A DNA stretch of 64,000 nucleotides, taken from the IMG/VR virus record IMGVR_UViG_3300002092_000003, positions 1 to 64,000 of that record, one strand, 5' to 3'. Made by a program: the position numbers and the translations under genes. Source of the DNA: an uncultured virus (IMG/VR IMGVR_UViG_3300002092_000003). Lineage: Duplodnaviria; Heunggongvirae; Uroviricota; Caudoviricetes. Below are positions 1-9,166 of the stretch, piece by piece; the first letter of the stretch is position 1; each line of letters opens with the position of its first letter. The notes below the pieces were generated by a model. The model made no database searches. It was not told where the DNA came from and saw nothing but the letters and a program-made list of their open reading frames with translations.

Positions 1-94
1 AAGAAATAAAAGAATTGGAAGTAGCTTTAGCAATTGCAGAAACGAGATACGAATCGGCATACGACCAATTAAATCAACAAAATAAGGAGTAATT

Positions 95-376
95 ATGGCT
101 TACAAGTATATTGATTTCGGTGAAATTTTAGAAAAAAAAGCAAAAGACGGCGAAGCAAAAGGCGAGCTGTATATTAAGATTACAAAAGATGTTACGCTAA
201 AAGCTGGTACATTCGTAAACTTAAACGATCCCAAAGAAAAGTATCAGCGTATGCTTGATAGCGGTAAGCTGGATGAAAAAGGCGTTGACGATGTTACTGA
301 AAAGATCAGTGCTTATGCTAAGGGTGGACGCTTAAGCTTCGTTAAGAAGATTTTGAACTACAAAAGTGAAGAGTAG
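95..376 (+). CDS. hypothetical protein
   Basis: 93-aa ORF with TAAGGAG SD; followed by a hairpin at 392-409. Confidence 0.75.
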   Translation: MAYKYIDFGEILEKKAKDGEAKGELYIKITKDVTLKAGTFVNLNDPKEKYQRMLDSGKLDEKGVDDVTEKISAYAKGGRLSFVKKILNYKSEE

Positions 377-577
377 ATGAAATTATCAGATGAGGGGCTT
401 CGGTCCCTCTCTTCTCGTTGGCTTGTTGTACATAAGTCAGATTACATATACTGGCTTATGCTTAGAGAAGCTTACGAAGATATAGATCTACTATCTACTC
501 GCTATGATATGCATTGGGCGGCTAACTTTCGTGTTCCTATATTGTATTCTAAAGTAATTTGCGCATTGCGAGGATAG
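377..577 (+). CDS. small protein, C-terminal SKL-motif family
   Basis: ends PILYSKVICALRG*. Confidence 0.65.
   Translation: MKLSDEGLRSLSSRWLVVHKSDYIYWLMLREAYEDIDLLSTRYDMHWAANFRVPILYSKVICALRG
392..415 (+). terminator. possible intrinsic terminator/hairpin
   Basis: GAGGGGC-TTCG-GTCCCTC stem with UUCG loop followed by TCTTCT; weak U-tract. Confidence 0.45.
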
Positions 578-596
578 CGATTTTTGGAGAAAATCT

Positions 597-758
597 ATGA
601 TACACACCGATTACAACATATTCTGTTACGTCTGGCAATCTCCTATCAACATTAGAACACATGCATTAGTATCCCGCCGAAGAGCAGGACAGAAGTACAA
701 TCATAAAGTAACTATGCTAATGTCTCCGCTAATACGAGCAATGTATGCTAAGGCATGA
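597..758 (+). CDS. small protein, SKL-motif family (53 aa, not in ORF track)
   Basis: GGAGA SD; MIHTDYNIF...VTMLMSPLIRAMYAKA*. Confidence 0.7.
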   Translation: MIHTDYNIFCYVWQSPINIRTHALVSRRRAGQKYNHKVTMLMSPLIRAMYAKA

Positions 759-915
759 GTATAGGGCAGGGGAGAAATATGATCACATAAATTCAATATC
801 AGGATTTATCCTTGGCGTAGATGAATATTACGCTGATAGCAGACAATGTATGGATGATATTGCCATTAGAATCTGCGTTTACCAAACTAAACTTATACAA
901 GCGATGTTCAAATGA
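745..915 (+). CDS. small protein, SKL-motif family (56 aa, not in ORF track)
   Basis: MLRHEYRAG...ICVYQTKLIQAMFK*; overlaps both neighbours. Confidence 0.7.
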   Translation: MLRHEYRAGEKYDHINSISGFILGVDEYYADSRQCMDDIAIRICVYQTKLIQAMFK

Positions 916-1106
916 AGTATATATTTAATCCCAAGGAACTAATCGCTTATTCAGATTATGGGGAGGATTACATAGAAGAATTACAACACTATGTAAATGG
1001 AAAATATAACATAAATATTCCACATTTTACTTCAGGTTGTGATTATGTATATGTATGGAGAGCAAAAATAATAAAAACAAAACTGTTGACAGCCCTTTTC
1101 AAATAA
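912..1106 (+). CDS. small protein, SKL-motif family
   Basis: ends AKIIKTKLLTALFK*; ATGA overlap with the upstream ORF. Confidence 0.7.
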   Translation: MKYIFNPKELIAYSDYGEDYIEELQHYVNGKYNINIPHFTSGCDYVYVWRAKIIKTKLLTALFK

Positions 1107-1135
1107 TATAACATGTATCTAACGGAGGCAACCAA

Positions 1136-2269
1136 ATGAACTTAAATCAAATCAAACGCTCACTTACTACTCTCTTCGACGCTAACATTACACCACTATT
1201 TATCGGACATGCGGGTGTCGGTAAAACTTCTATCGTACAACAGTATGCAGAAGAAAACGGCTATGACCTTAAAGTTATTCGCCTAGGTACAATGTCAGAT
1301 GCTGGTGACTTACTTGGTCTAGCAGACTTTAAACGCGGCAAAGATGGCATTGCAATCGAGACTTTGTATGTCGCTCCTAAGTTCATTCCGCTTAACGGCA
1401 GAACAGAAAAAAAGACGATACTATTCTTTGATGAGATTAACAGATGTCACAAAGATTTAATACAGGCTATCTTCCAAGTTGTGGAAGGTGGTGGACAACT
1501 CGGACCGCACACACTTGACAGCGGCACAAAGGTAATTGCAGCTTGTAATCCGCCTTCAGATGATTACATGGTACTAGACATTACCGATGCAGCATTTAAC
1601 GATAGATTCTGCCACATTGCTTTTGAACCTACTGTAGAAGACTTTCTCGGCTATGCTAAAGAAAAGTTCAATAACAGTATTTATGAGTTTTACCGCGATC
1701 AGCCTCAGTTTATTGAGATGACTAGATCACACATTGACTTAAGCTACGTTAAACCTTCCCGCAGATCGGGAGAAAAAGTATCTAAGCTAATGAATTTAAA
1801 GATAGCCGACGATGTTCGTATGGAAGTATTTGCTGGGATTATTGGCGCGGAAGCGGCTACAAGCTTAGAAAGATACTTAAAAGAAAAAGTTACTAATGTA
1901 GATCCTAAAGATGTACTATATAGTTATAAGAAAGTATCTAAGAAAGTGAAAGCTATGGATATGGCTACACTTAACAGTACTTTCAATGGCATGAAAGATA
2001 TTCTCGGAGAGATCGAGCCGGGGAATTTCAAAGTGTTATTGCCGAATCTTGTACAGTTCCTTAAAGATGTTCCTGTAGAGTTTATGACAAATGCAATCAT
2101 TCAGATGCTACTTGTTGAGAACTTTATTAATGACGACGATACAATAGAATTGCTACTGAATAACGATGACCTTACTGCAATCATTTTAGAGCAAAGAAAG
2201 CTTGGTGTTGTGGATAAAGTAATCGCTGATTTTACAGCAGCTCAAGAAGCTGAAAAGAAAGAAGAATAA
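1136..2269 (+). CDS. MoxR-like AAA+ ATPase
   Basis: Walker A GHAGVGKT, Walker B ILFFDEINR, AACNP sensor, DAAFNDRF arginine finger; GGAGG SD. Confidence 0.9.
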   Translation: MNLNQIKRSLTTLFDANITPLFIGHAGVGKTSIVQQYAEENGYDLKVIRLGTMSDAGDLLGLADFKRGKDGIAIETLYVAPKFIPLNGRTEKKTILFFDEINRCHKDLIQAIFQVVEGGGQLGPHTLDSGTKVIAACNPPSDDYMVLDITDAAFNDRFCHIAFEPTVEDFLGYAKEKFNNSIYEFYRDQPQFIEMTRSHIDLSYVKPSRRSGEKVSKLMNLKIADDVRMEVFAGIIGAEAATSLERYLKEKVTNVDPKDVLYSYKKVSKKVKAMDMATLNSTFNGMKDILGEIEPGNFKVLLPNLVQFLKDVPVEFMTNAIIQMLLVENFINDDDTIELLLNNDDLTAIILEQRKLGVVDKVIADFTAAQEAEKKEE

Positions 2270-2299
2270 GTCCCTCCGAAGGATAGTGTTTGTTGTGTG

Positions 2300-2336
2300 G
2301 CGGAGATAATATTACTAGTGTTATCTCCGTTTTTTA
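2300..2336 (+). terminator. intrinsic terminator
   Basis: CGGAGATAATA-loop-TGTTATCTCCG followed by TTTTTT. Confidence 0.75.
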
Positions 2337-2348
2337 TTTGGAGTATTT

Positions 2349-2498
2349 ATGTATGTAAACATTGCACGTTATCGAGCTTTACAAGGACTTATAACTTACA
2401 CACACTATGATACAGAAGTTGATTACAAATATTTCTTGCAATATAAAAAAACTATGATAGAATCAAAATTGTTAGAAGCTTTACGCAAAGGAGGCTGA
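2349..2498 (+). CDS. small protein, SKL-motif family (49 aa, not in ORF track)
   Basis: GGAG SD; MYVNIARYR...KTMIESKLLEALRKGG*. Confidence 0.7.
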   Translation: MYVNIARYRALQGLITYTHYDTEVDYKYFLQYKKTMIESKLLEALRKGG

Positions 2499-2500
2499 GA

Positions 2501-2725
2501 ATGAAACGAAGTGAAATGATTGCAATTCTTAAAAGAGAACTATCGAATGCTTCCAGATTTTGCACAACAGACAACGGTACAGTTAGGTATCATTCGGTAT
2601 ATATTGATAATCTTTTAACCGCGATAGAAAATGCAGGAATGATGCCTCCCGATAACGGCACTAATAATTATGAATTTACTTATAGTTGGACTCCTGAAAA
2701 TAACGAGGAAACACAAAATGATTAA
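2501..2725 (+). CDS. hypothetical protein, paralogue of 61244..61447
   Basis: MKRSEMI...IENAGMMPP...YSWTPE versus MKKSEII...LEDEGMVPP...YDWESE. Confidence 0.75.
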   Translation: MKRSEMIAILKRELSNASRFCTTDNGTVRYHSVYIDNLLTAIENAGMMPPDNGTNNYEFTYSWTPENNEETQND

Positions 2726-3905
2726 TTCAACACCACTTTCAAACGCAATTGTAAGCATGACTCTGGACACAAACAGCAATAGCTTGTTTTATGCTCACAT
2801 GCTAATGAACTGCAAAATAACATATTCAGATAAATTGCCCGCCCCTGCTGGCGTGAGAGTAACCTCTCGCATTGAAATTACAATTAATCCCGCGCTGTGG
2901 AATCCCATCTCCACTACTGCACAGATTGGAATACTAAAGCATGAGATGATGCACGTTATCATGGGACATACTGGACAAAAGAAACAACTTGTAGAAACGC
3001 TAAAGCTATCTCACAAGCAGTTAAATATCGCTATGGATTGCGCTATTAATCAGCTTGATGATTTGCCTACACGCCTAAAGGATTTGGGCTGCGTTACTGT
3101 AGAAGCGTTCAGGAAGGGCGTGAAAAAGTATTACAAAGGTGAGGTCAAGCCAAACATGACCATGGAATATTATGCTCGGATTATCAAGGAAGTTCAGGAT
3201 GAATACGAGTCTCAAGGTGGAGACTATTCCGAGTTTGGCGAGGACTTAGACGATCACGAAGGCATGGATGAAACAGAAGGTGCTAGCGAGGCTATGCAGC
3301 GCGAGGTCGTAAAGCAATCTGTGCGTGATGCGCTAAAGAAGCAAGCGGGGAATGCTCCGTCTGGCTTAGACATCTTCATCAAGGATTTGATGGAAGCTAA
3401 AGTAGATTGGAAAAAAGAACTTAAGAGTTTCTTTAACAATAGTATTAACTATACTAAAACTACTACACGTTCCCGACGTAACCGTCGATACGGTACGCTA
3501 TATGCAGGTAAAAAGAAAGATTACCAAATGAAAGTTGCATTTATGATTGATACCTCTGGCTCGATGGGAGCTACTGAGTTTACTCAGGCATGGGGGGAAA
3601 TTTGTCGCATAAAAACATTGTATCCTGATATGGAAGTTACGATTATCGAATGCGATGCTGAGGTACAGCAAGTAAGGGAGTTTAAAAAGTCGATGGATTT
3701 CAATCTCAAAGGCGGAGGAGGTACTTTGTGCCAACCTGCAATAGATGAGGCTACTCGTCAGGAAGTTGATTTCATGATATACTTTACAGATGGTGGTATC
3801 TTCGATCAGCCGGTAAATCCTAAAGTACCGTTTCTGTGGGTGCTGTGTGGTGGAAATAGCTTGCATGGTAATGTAGATTTCGGTAGAAAGGTGGTAGTGC
3901 AGTGA
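2718..3905 (+). CDS. metallopeptidase-like + VWA domain protein (DUF2201-like MoxR partner)
   Basis: HEMMH zinc motif, NIAMDCAIN, VDWKKEL, MIDAS DTSGSM, GGGGT, YFTDG; start placed at ATG 2718 after GAGG. Confidence 0.88.
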   Translation: MINSTPLSNAIVSMTLDTNSNSLFYAHMLMNCKITYSDKLPAPAGVRVTSRIEITINPALWNPISTTAQIGILKHEMMHVIMGHTGQKKQLVETLKLSHKQLNIAMDCAINQLDDLPTRLKDLGCVTVEAFRKGVKKYYKGEVKPNMTMEYYARIIKEVQDEYESQGGDYSEFGEDLDDHEGMDETEGASEAMQREVVKQSVRDALKKQAGNAPSGLDIFIKDLMEAKVDWKKELKSFFNNSINYTKTTTRSRRNRRYGTLYAGKKKDYQMKVAFMIDTSGSMGATEFTQAWGEICRIKTLYPDMEVTIIECDAEVQQVREFKKSMDFNLKGGGGTLCQPAIDEATRQEVDFMIYFTDGGIFDQPVNPKVPFLWVLCGGNSLHGNVDFGRKVVVQ

Positions 3906-4087
3906 AGTTGGGAAGGTATGTCTGCTTTGATGGACAAATAAAGTCTGTAGAATTTAAACACATAAGAGAAAATAAAGAATTTGCTGCGGCTTATAATCAA
4001 GTAGAAGAGGATTGTGTGTATGCTGGATGGAGTGGATGGATTACTGTTCCGGTGGCAAATAGCAAACTTGTGAGAGCCTTACTATGA
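3902..4087 (+). CDS. small protein, SKL-motif family
   Basis: ends VPVANSKLVRALL*. Confidence 0.7.
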   Translation: MKLGRYVCFDGQIKSVEFKHIRENKEFAAAYNQVEEDCVYAGWSGWITVPVANSKLVRALL

Positions 4088-4281
4088 AAAACAGTACATT
4101 GTATTGCTATTCGTTAAAGGCGTTAGGAAATAGCTTATCACAGCTTATATGGTTTGTGAAGTGGGGAGATATTAAATACAACTTCCATAGATGGGATGAT
4201 GCCGGTAGAAGCATATACGCAGATAAGGTTTGGAAGTATGATGTTGTAAAAAGCAAAATAGTATTGGGATTATATAAGTAG
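4084..4281 (+). CDS. small protein, SKL-motif family
   Basis: ends YDVVKSKIVLGLYK*. Confidence 0.7.
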   Translation: MKNSTLYCYSLKALGNSLSQLIWFVKWGDIKYNFHRWDDAGRSIYADKVWKYDVVKSKIVLGLYK

Positions 4282-4288
4282 GAGCATT

Positions 4289-6250
4289 ATGGAATATGTA
4301 AGAGTTTGCAATGATTTAAAAGACAAAGGCACTTTAATTCCTGCTAACGGAACAGACCTTTCTAGTATCTATAAGCGTATTAACCGCGAAAAGGATAATT
4401 ATGCATCTATATACTATTTTACAGAAGCACACAACGAGCAGTTTAAAAAGACAGGTAGCGTGGCGGGGATTACAGACGTAACTACTGATAGGCTTGTATG
4501 GGACTTCGATAGCGAGGATAGCGTAGGCGTAGCGCAAAAAGACGCTAAAGAGCTTGTTAGACGGCTTAAAAAGGAAGGATATACTGACGATGTAATTCGC
4601 ATATGCTTTTCCGGTAACAAAGGATTTGACGTTTCAGTATTACTTAAAGATGAAAGGCTTACTCCGCGAGAAGTGAAGAATATTTGTATGAATTTTGCCG
4701 ATGGTTTAAAAACAGTAGATGCTAAGATATACAATGCTACGCGAATACTACGCCTACCATTAACTAAGCATCCTAAGTCGGGGCTGTACAAGATACCATT
4801 GTCAGTAGAGGATTTACAATCGTTTACAGCAGATGAGATTCGTACAGCGGCTAAAGATAATTTGGAATATGCGGATATTAAGGATGCATGGGGGAAGGGA
4901 ATGCTATCAAAGAATATACTGGAATTAAAAGCAAAGACACCTTTAATCAAAACTAATGAAGAGATTATTAAATCTTTGGATATTTCTAACTTAAATAAAG
5001 ATGCAATGCCTAAAGGTTGGAATCTTGCTCAGTGGGCATTATTTAATGGATATTTTGAATCTGGAAATAGAAGTACTGCGCTGCTTTGTTTAGCATCATT
5101 TTTATCTAAATCTTTTACGGAAGATCATGTATATAGGATGTTGAAGGGTACTTGTGAGTTACAAGCCCAAAGAACTGGCGATAACAGATTCCCCGATACC
5201 GAGCTGTATAATAACATTGTAGCTCAAGTTTATGGACCTAGTTGGAAAGGGGGGGTATATTCTGTAACTGATCCTAATAGCTGGCTTCATGAGTATGCAT
5301 CTGAGATGGGATTATTACAAGAAGCAACTTTAACTGTTTCAAAAGACATATTAACTACACAACAAGTAGGTAAATTATTTGAAGAGTTCGCGGTTAATAT
5401 TGATAAAAATAGAATTAGCATTGGTATTAAGGAATTAGATGATGCTTTAGATATGCTAGTAGGGAGAGTTTATATTATCGCAGGTTCTCCGGGCAGTGGA
5501 AAATCGAGTCTGTTAATACAGATATTTGAGGGACTCTCTTCTCAAGGAAATAAGGCAATATATTTTTCTTTTGATATGTCTTTGCAAGATAACTTTCAAA
5601 AAATTATACAAAAAGAATTTAAAATTACAGCAAAACAAGTATTTGAACAATATCAGAACTTAGAAAGGAGAGCGGAATTTCATAAAGTATTTGATTCTAA
5701 ATATAGTAATATCATTTTCATAAATTCTTCAGGTATGACTATAGACGCTATGCGAGATAGAATTACTCAAGCCGAATTAGTACATGGTGAAATCAAAGTA
5801 GTTGCAGTAGATTACATGACTTTAACACAATCAGATAAAGGGGATAGTAATGAACATTCTAAATCAGTAATACAAGGATTAAAATCTATTGCTACTGATA
5901 TGCGTAAATGTGTTATAAGTTTAAATCAACCAAATAAAGCCAATCAAAAAATAAATGAGCCTATAGGAAGCTACGGGGGAATACAAGGATCATCTTCTGT
6001 GCAAGAACTTGCAAATGTTATCCTTTGGGTTTATCGTCCCGGAGCTTCAGCTACTAGTTTTGAACGGGATAAATATTACTCAATTGAATGTATGAAGAAT
6101 CGGCATGGCGCAATGTTTTCCGTTGACCTCCAATGGGCAGGAGTGACCGGCACAGTTCGAAGCTTAACTCCAGTAGAAAAGATGGATTTAGAGAGATTGA
6201 GAAGAGATTTAAAAAATGAAAAGAATGGGGAGAGCGAGGATTTATTTTAA
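4289..6250 (+). CDS. primase-helicase (AEP-type primase + DnaB-like SF4 helicase)
   Basis: N-terminal WDFD, FSGNKGF, RILRLPLTKH; C-terminal GSPGSGKS, VAVDY, LNQ, KNRHG. Confidence 0.88.
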   Translation: MEYVRVCNDLKDKGTLIPANGTDLSSIYKRINREKDNYASIYYFTEAHNEQFKKTGSVAGITDVTTDRLVWDFDSEDSVGVAQKDAKELVRRLKKEGYTDDVIRICFSGNKGFDVSVLLKDERLTPREVKNICMNFADGLKTVDAKIYNATRILRLPLTKHPKSGLYKIPLSVEDLQSFTADEIRTAAKDNLEYADIKDAWGKGMLSKNILELKAKTPLIKTNEEIIKSLDISNLNKDAMPKGWNLAQWALFNGYFESGNRSTALLCLASFLSKSFTEDHVYRMLKGTCELQAQRTGDNRFPDTELYNNIVAQVYGPSWKGGVYSVTDPNSWLHEYASEMGLLQEATLTVSKDILTTQQVGKLFEEFAVNIDKNRISIGIKELDDALDMLVGRVYIIAGSPGSGKSSLLIQIFEGLSSQGNKAIYFSFDMSLQDNFQKIIQKEFKITAKQVFEQYQNLERRAEFHKVFDSKYSNIIFINSSGMTIDAMRDRITQAELVHGEIKVVAVDYMTLTQSDKGDSNEHSKSVIQGLKSIATDMRKCVISLNQPNKANQKINEPIGSYGGIQGSSSVQELANVILWVYRPGASATSFERDKYYSIECMKNRHGAMFSVDLQWAGVTGTVRSLTPVEKMDLERLRRDLKNEKNGESEDLF

Positions 6251-6279
6251 TTGACTATTTATATTTAAAATGATATATT
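6251..6279 (+). promoter_or_regulatory. sigma70-type promoter
   Basis: TTGACT-17 nt-TATATT with extended TG. Confidence 0.6.
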
Positions 6280-6316
6280 GTAAATGGGATTTTGATTTAC
6301 TTTTATCGGAGTATAT

Positions 6317-7072
6317 ATGGGCGCAAAATTAGTTGAGGTTATTAAAAATAAGGGTTTATTTTTATTTGGAAATGAAAAATTCTATCGAATATTAACTAAT
6401 GATCAAATTCATCCTTTAAATAAAGAGGAATTAAAAATATTTAAACGATATGTATCATCTGCTAAACATAGACAAATTGAATTTAAATTAACTAAACTCT
6501 ATTTTAAACAACTTATAAATAAAAAATGTACCTATTGCAATTCTGCTCCCAATACTTACGGAGGCATAGATAGAATTAATAGTTCTGGAGATTATGATAT
6601 TTATAATGTTACTCCATGCTGCGCTATTTGTAATAGAGCAAAACACACTTCATCTTATCCTGAATTTGATGAATATATGAATAATTTAAGAAACATAACA
6701 GATGAACAGAAATATAATGAAATTACAGAGATTGAATCGCCTAAAACTGTATTTAAATTTTTAGGTTTTATAGAAGATACATTTGATTTAACCGTAAGAA
6801 GAAGTTTAGCAGAGTTTTTAATGCATAATACTGAAATTGTTAATTACAAAAGTATATCAATATCTATATCTAATATACAACGTACCATTGACAATAAAGA
6901 TATAATAGAGTATCGAGAACAAATGATTATTCCTTGTTTTGTAAATTTCATAGAACTTAAAACTAAAGTTTATGAAATGTTTTCAGAAAAAGGAGTATAT
7001 AAATTATTAGATTCTAACCAGCTTCAACAAAAGTTATATCTTCTTTCTAAAAAAAATAAAGGAAAATTCTAA
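6317..7072 (+). CDS. HNH-like endonuclease domain protein
   Basis: CTYC...GIDRINSSGDY...NVTPCCAICNRAK; very AT-rich. Confidence 0.7.
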   Translation: MGAKLVEVIKNKGLFLFGNEKFYRILTNDQIHPLNKEELKIFKRYVSSAKHRQIEFKLTKLYFKQLINKKCTYCNSAPNTYGGIDRINSSGDYDIYNVTPCCAICNRAKHTSSYPEFDEYMNNLRNITDEQKYNEITEIESPKTVFKFLGFIEDTFDLTVRRSLAEFLMHNTEIVNYKSISISISNIQRTIDNKDIIEYREQMIIPCFVNFIELKTKVYEMFSEKGVYKLLDSNQLQQKLYLLSKKNKGKF

Positions 7073-7245
7073 TGTGGGCATATCGACAATACTACTTAGG
7101 CAATCTAATCTCCAGTTTTTATCATCCCGATAACGGTAGGTTCTTTATGGCACATGGCACTGATACTTACGCTTGCTCTCCAAGAATGTATACACAAATC
7201 CGTAAAATTGCAGAAACTACTGTAATGAGGACATTACTATGCTAG
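7072..7245 (+). CDS. small protein, SKL-motif family (57 aa, not in ORF track)
   Basis: MWAYRQYYLG...RKIAETTVMRTLLC*. Confidence 0.65.
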   Translation: MWAYRQYYLGNLISSFYHPDNGRFFMAHGTDTYACSPRMYTQIRKIAETTVMRTLLC

Positions 7246-7415
7246 ACCACTATAGATATTTTGCACAAGGGAGAATTGCAATAGATGCATTTGCAGTAAG
7301 CAACTATCTGTATGTACGAGATCTTTTCGAAAATCGTTACTTCTGTTCTGCTGAACACTATACGTTCCTTGCTAAAGCTAGCAATACTAAACTCATAAAG
7401 GCACTACTATGCTAA
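7239..7415 (+). CDS. small protein, SKL-motif family (58 aa, not in ORF track)
   Basis: MLDHYRYFAQG...AKASNTKLIKALLC*. Confidence 0.72.
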   Translation: MLDHYRYFAQGRIAIDAFAVSNYLYVRDLFENRYFCSAEHYTFLAKASNTKLIKALLC

Positions 7416-7588
7416 ACATATATAAGCATTTAGTTCAAAACGGCTATACACTAAAGAAGAGTCCCTTTGGGGGAGTTTGTATGTTTATCCTTAGAACTCG
7501 TACCGGAGACTTTAAAGTTTCAGAAAAGATATATGCTCAAATGTATCGGATATCCTGCACTAAAGTAACGCAGGCACTGTTAAAATGA
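7409..7588 (+). CDS. small protein, SKL-motif family (59 aa, not in ORF track)
   Basis: MLNIYKHLVQNG...YRISCTKVTQALLK*. Confidence 0.7.
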   Translation: MLNIYKHLVQNGYTLKKSPFGGVCMFILRTRTGDFKVSEKIYAQMYRISCTKVTQALLK

Positions 7589-7659
7589 ATTCAGTATTAG
7601 CTACCATTTGCATTCTGCTAATTTCTGTGCTATTCTATTTTGCATACACGGGAGAGTAA
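7585..7659 (+). CDS. 24-aa single-TM peptide
   Basis: MNSVLATICILLISVLFYFAYTGE*; ATGA-coupled, and its end carries the SD for 7661. Confidence 0.5.
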   Translation: MNSVLATICILLISVLFYFAYTGE

Positions 7660-7660
7660 C

Positions 7661-8146
7661 ATGAGATTTCTACTAATCGCCCTTTTAATTCATGCTTTAG
7701 GCTTCAGTCTTTTTCTAAACAACAGAAAGATTGTAACTGGCGATCCAAAGCTTGTTGCGTTAGCAAATACTATACTAGCCGACATTAAAGAGCAAGGCGC
7801 TGATATACCAACCTTTTACTCTCTTGAATTAGTATTTGAAGAAGAGATTAAGCATCCCGATAGGTATGGTAACACTACTATCGGCTACACTCAGTATTAC
7901 ACAACTCCTATGCCGCTTATCACTATCAATAGAGCTATATGGAACAGCTTTAACGCAGACCGTCGATATATGCTAGTACTTCATGAAATCGGACATGCTA
8001 TCTGGCGAAGGGATCATGATGACATGCTACTGCCAAACTTTATACCGCGAAGTATCATGACAACTAATATATTTAATGTTGACATCTTCACTGCGAATAA
8101 AGTATACTATATACGAGAATTGTTTTCTAAGTCGGGGGAAATATGA
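7661..8146 (+). CDS. membrane-anchored/secreted zinc metallopeptidase
   Basis: hydrophobic N-terminus, HEIGH motif followed by H and a Met-turn-like SIM. Confidence 0.7.
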   Translation: MRFLLIALLIHALGFSLFLNNRKIVTGDPKLVALANTILADIKEQGADIPTFYSLELVFEEEIKHPDRYGNTTIGYTQYYTTPMPLITINRAIWNSFNADRRYMLVLHEIGHAIWRRDHDDMLLPNFIPRSIMTTNIFNVDIFTANKVYYIRELFSKSGEI

Positions 8147-8532
8147 AAAAATGCGGTAGATGCTTGATTACAAAATCAACAACAGAATTTGGCAAGAATA
8201 GCCAAGTGAAAGATGGATTAGCTTGGGCATGTAAAGAATGCGGAAGGAAGCATCAGAAGATCTCATATCTTACTGTTAAGATGCGTAAAAGCAAAGTAGA
8301 ACCTCTTGTGCGCAATTGCGGTACTTGTGCTTGGCAATACAATGGTAAATGCTCTGTAAGATCCCCCGGCAGCGTGACAACGGTAGATAGCGATGATAAG
8401 TGCGGTAAATGGGAACGAATTAGAGAACGCGAGATTGAAAATGAATTTGCAGATGATAATTACGAAAATAGCTTGACAGCGCAATTCGAAGGTATTAATA
8501 TGCATGAGAGGGATTATGCGATACAGCTTTAA
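8143..8532 (+). CDS. zinc-finger protein
   Basis: CGRC...CKEC (as in HNH N-terminal ribbons) plus CGTC...C...C. Confidence 0.6.
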   Translation: MKKCGRCLITKSTTEFGKNSQVKDGLAWACKECGRKHQKISYLTVKMRKSKVEPLVRNCGTCAWQYNGKCSVRSPGSVTTVDSDDKCGKWERIREREIENEFADDNYENSLTAQFEGINMHERDYAIQL

Positions 8533-8716
8533 ACAAGATGACCTAACTGGATACCTTGCGCGTGTCGGTAACTTTATGGAAGAGTTTGCCGATAACGTAG
8601 ATGATACTTTATATGAAATGCGTCCATGGAGTGACCATCAGTATTATGATTGTGCCGTATACTGGAAACGAGATATATTTATGAGTAAATTAGCGATAGC
8701 AATATTTGGAGTATAA
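8516..8716 (+). CDS. small protein, SKL-motif family
   Basis: ends RDIFMSKLAIAIFGV*. Confidence 0.68.
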   Translation: MRYSFKQDDLTGYLARVGNFMEEFADNVDDTLYEMRPWSDHQYYDCAVYWKRDIFMSKLAIAIFGV

Positions 8717-8717
8717 T

Positions 8718-8999
8718 ATGAAAATAGGTGATTTAGTAGTGATGAAACAGTCTGCACGTAAAAACTTTTATGAAACGCAGAAGCTAGTAGAATGTTTCGA
8801 GTTTCAAGGTTCTATGCGACCGCAAGATTTTGTAAGCTTTGTAAACGAGTATGTTGGCTTTATAAGCAAGAAGACAGGGTTAGGGCGTATTGTGAGTATA
8901 AACATTATGGACGGAGATACTATCTTTAAAGTAGAGTTTTACGGTCCGGTTGGCTTAGACTTCCACTACTTTGATAAGAAGGATTTAAGGAGAGTATAA
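8718..8999 (+). CDS. hypothetical protein
   Basis: MKIGDLV start typical of small SH3-like phage proteins; GGAG SD. Confidence 0.65.
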   Translation: MKIGDLVVMKQSARKNFYETQKLVECFEFQGSMRPQDFVSFVNEYVGFISKKTGLGRIVSINIMDGDTIFKVEFYGPVGLDFHYFDKKDLRRV

Positions 9000-9166
9000 T
9001 GAGTATATATTACAGTAGTATTACTCATAATTTTAGATTAGTATATGTTGATGTATTTTTTAATGCTATTATAATAGAAACTCCTTACGGCAAAAACTAC
9101 TTTAGTAGGGATGAAGCTGTTGATATGCTATCTAGCGAGAATCATATATTCATAGGGTATTTATAA
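8999..9166 (+). CDS. hypothetical protein (55 aa, not in ORF track)
   Basis: AGGAG SD; MSIYYSS...HIFIGYL* fills the gap up to the polymerase. Confidence 0.6.
   Translation: MSIYYSSITHNFRLVYVDVFFNAIIIETPYGKNYFSRDEAVDMLSSENHIFIGYL

Noticed and set aside
3254..4950. - strand ORFs overlapping the VWA and primase genes
   Set aside because: Antisense shadows of well-supported + strand genes.
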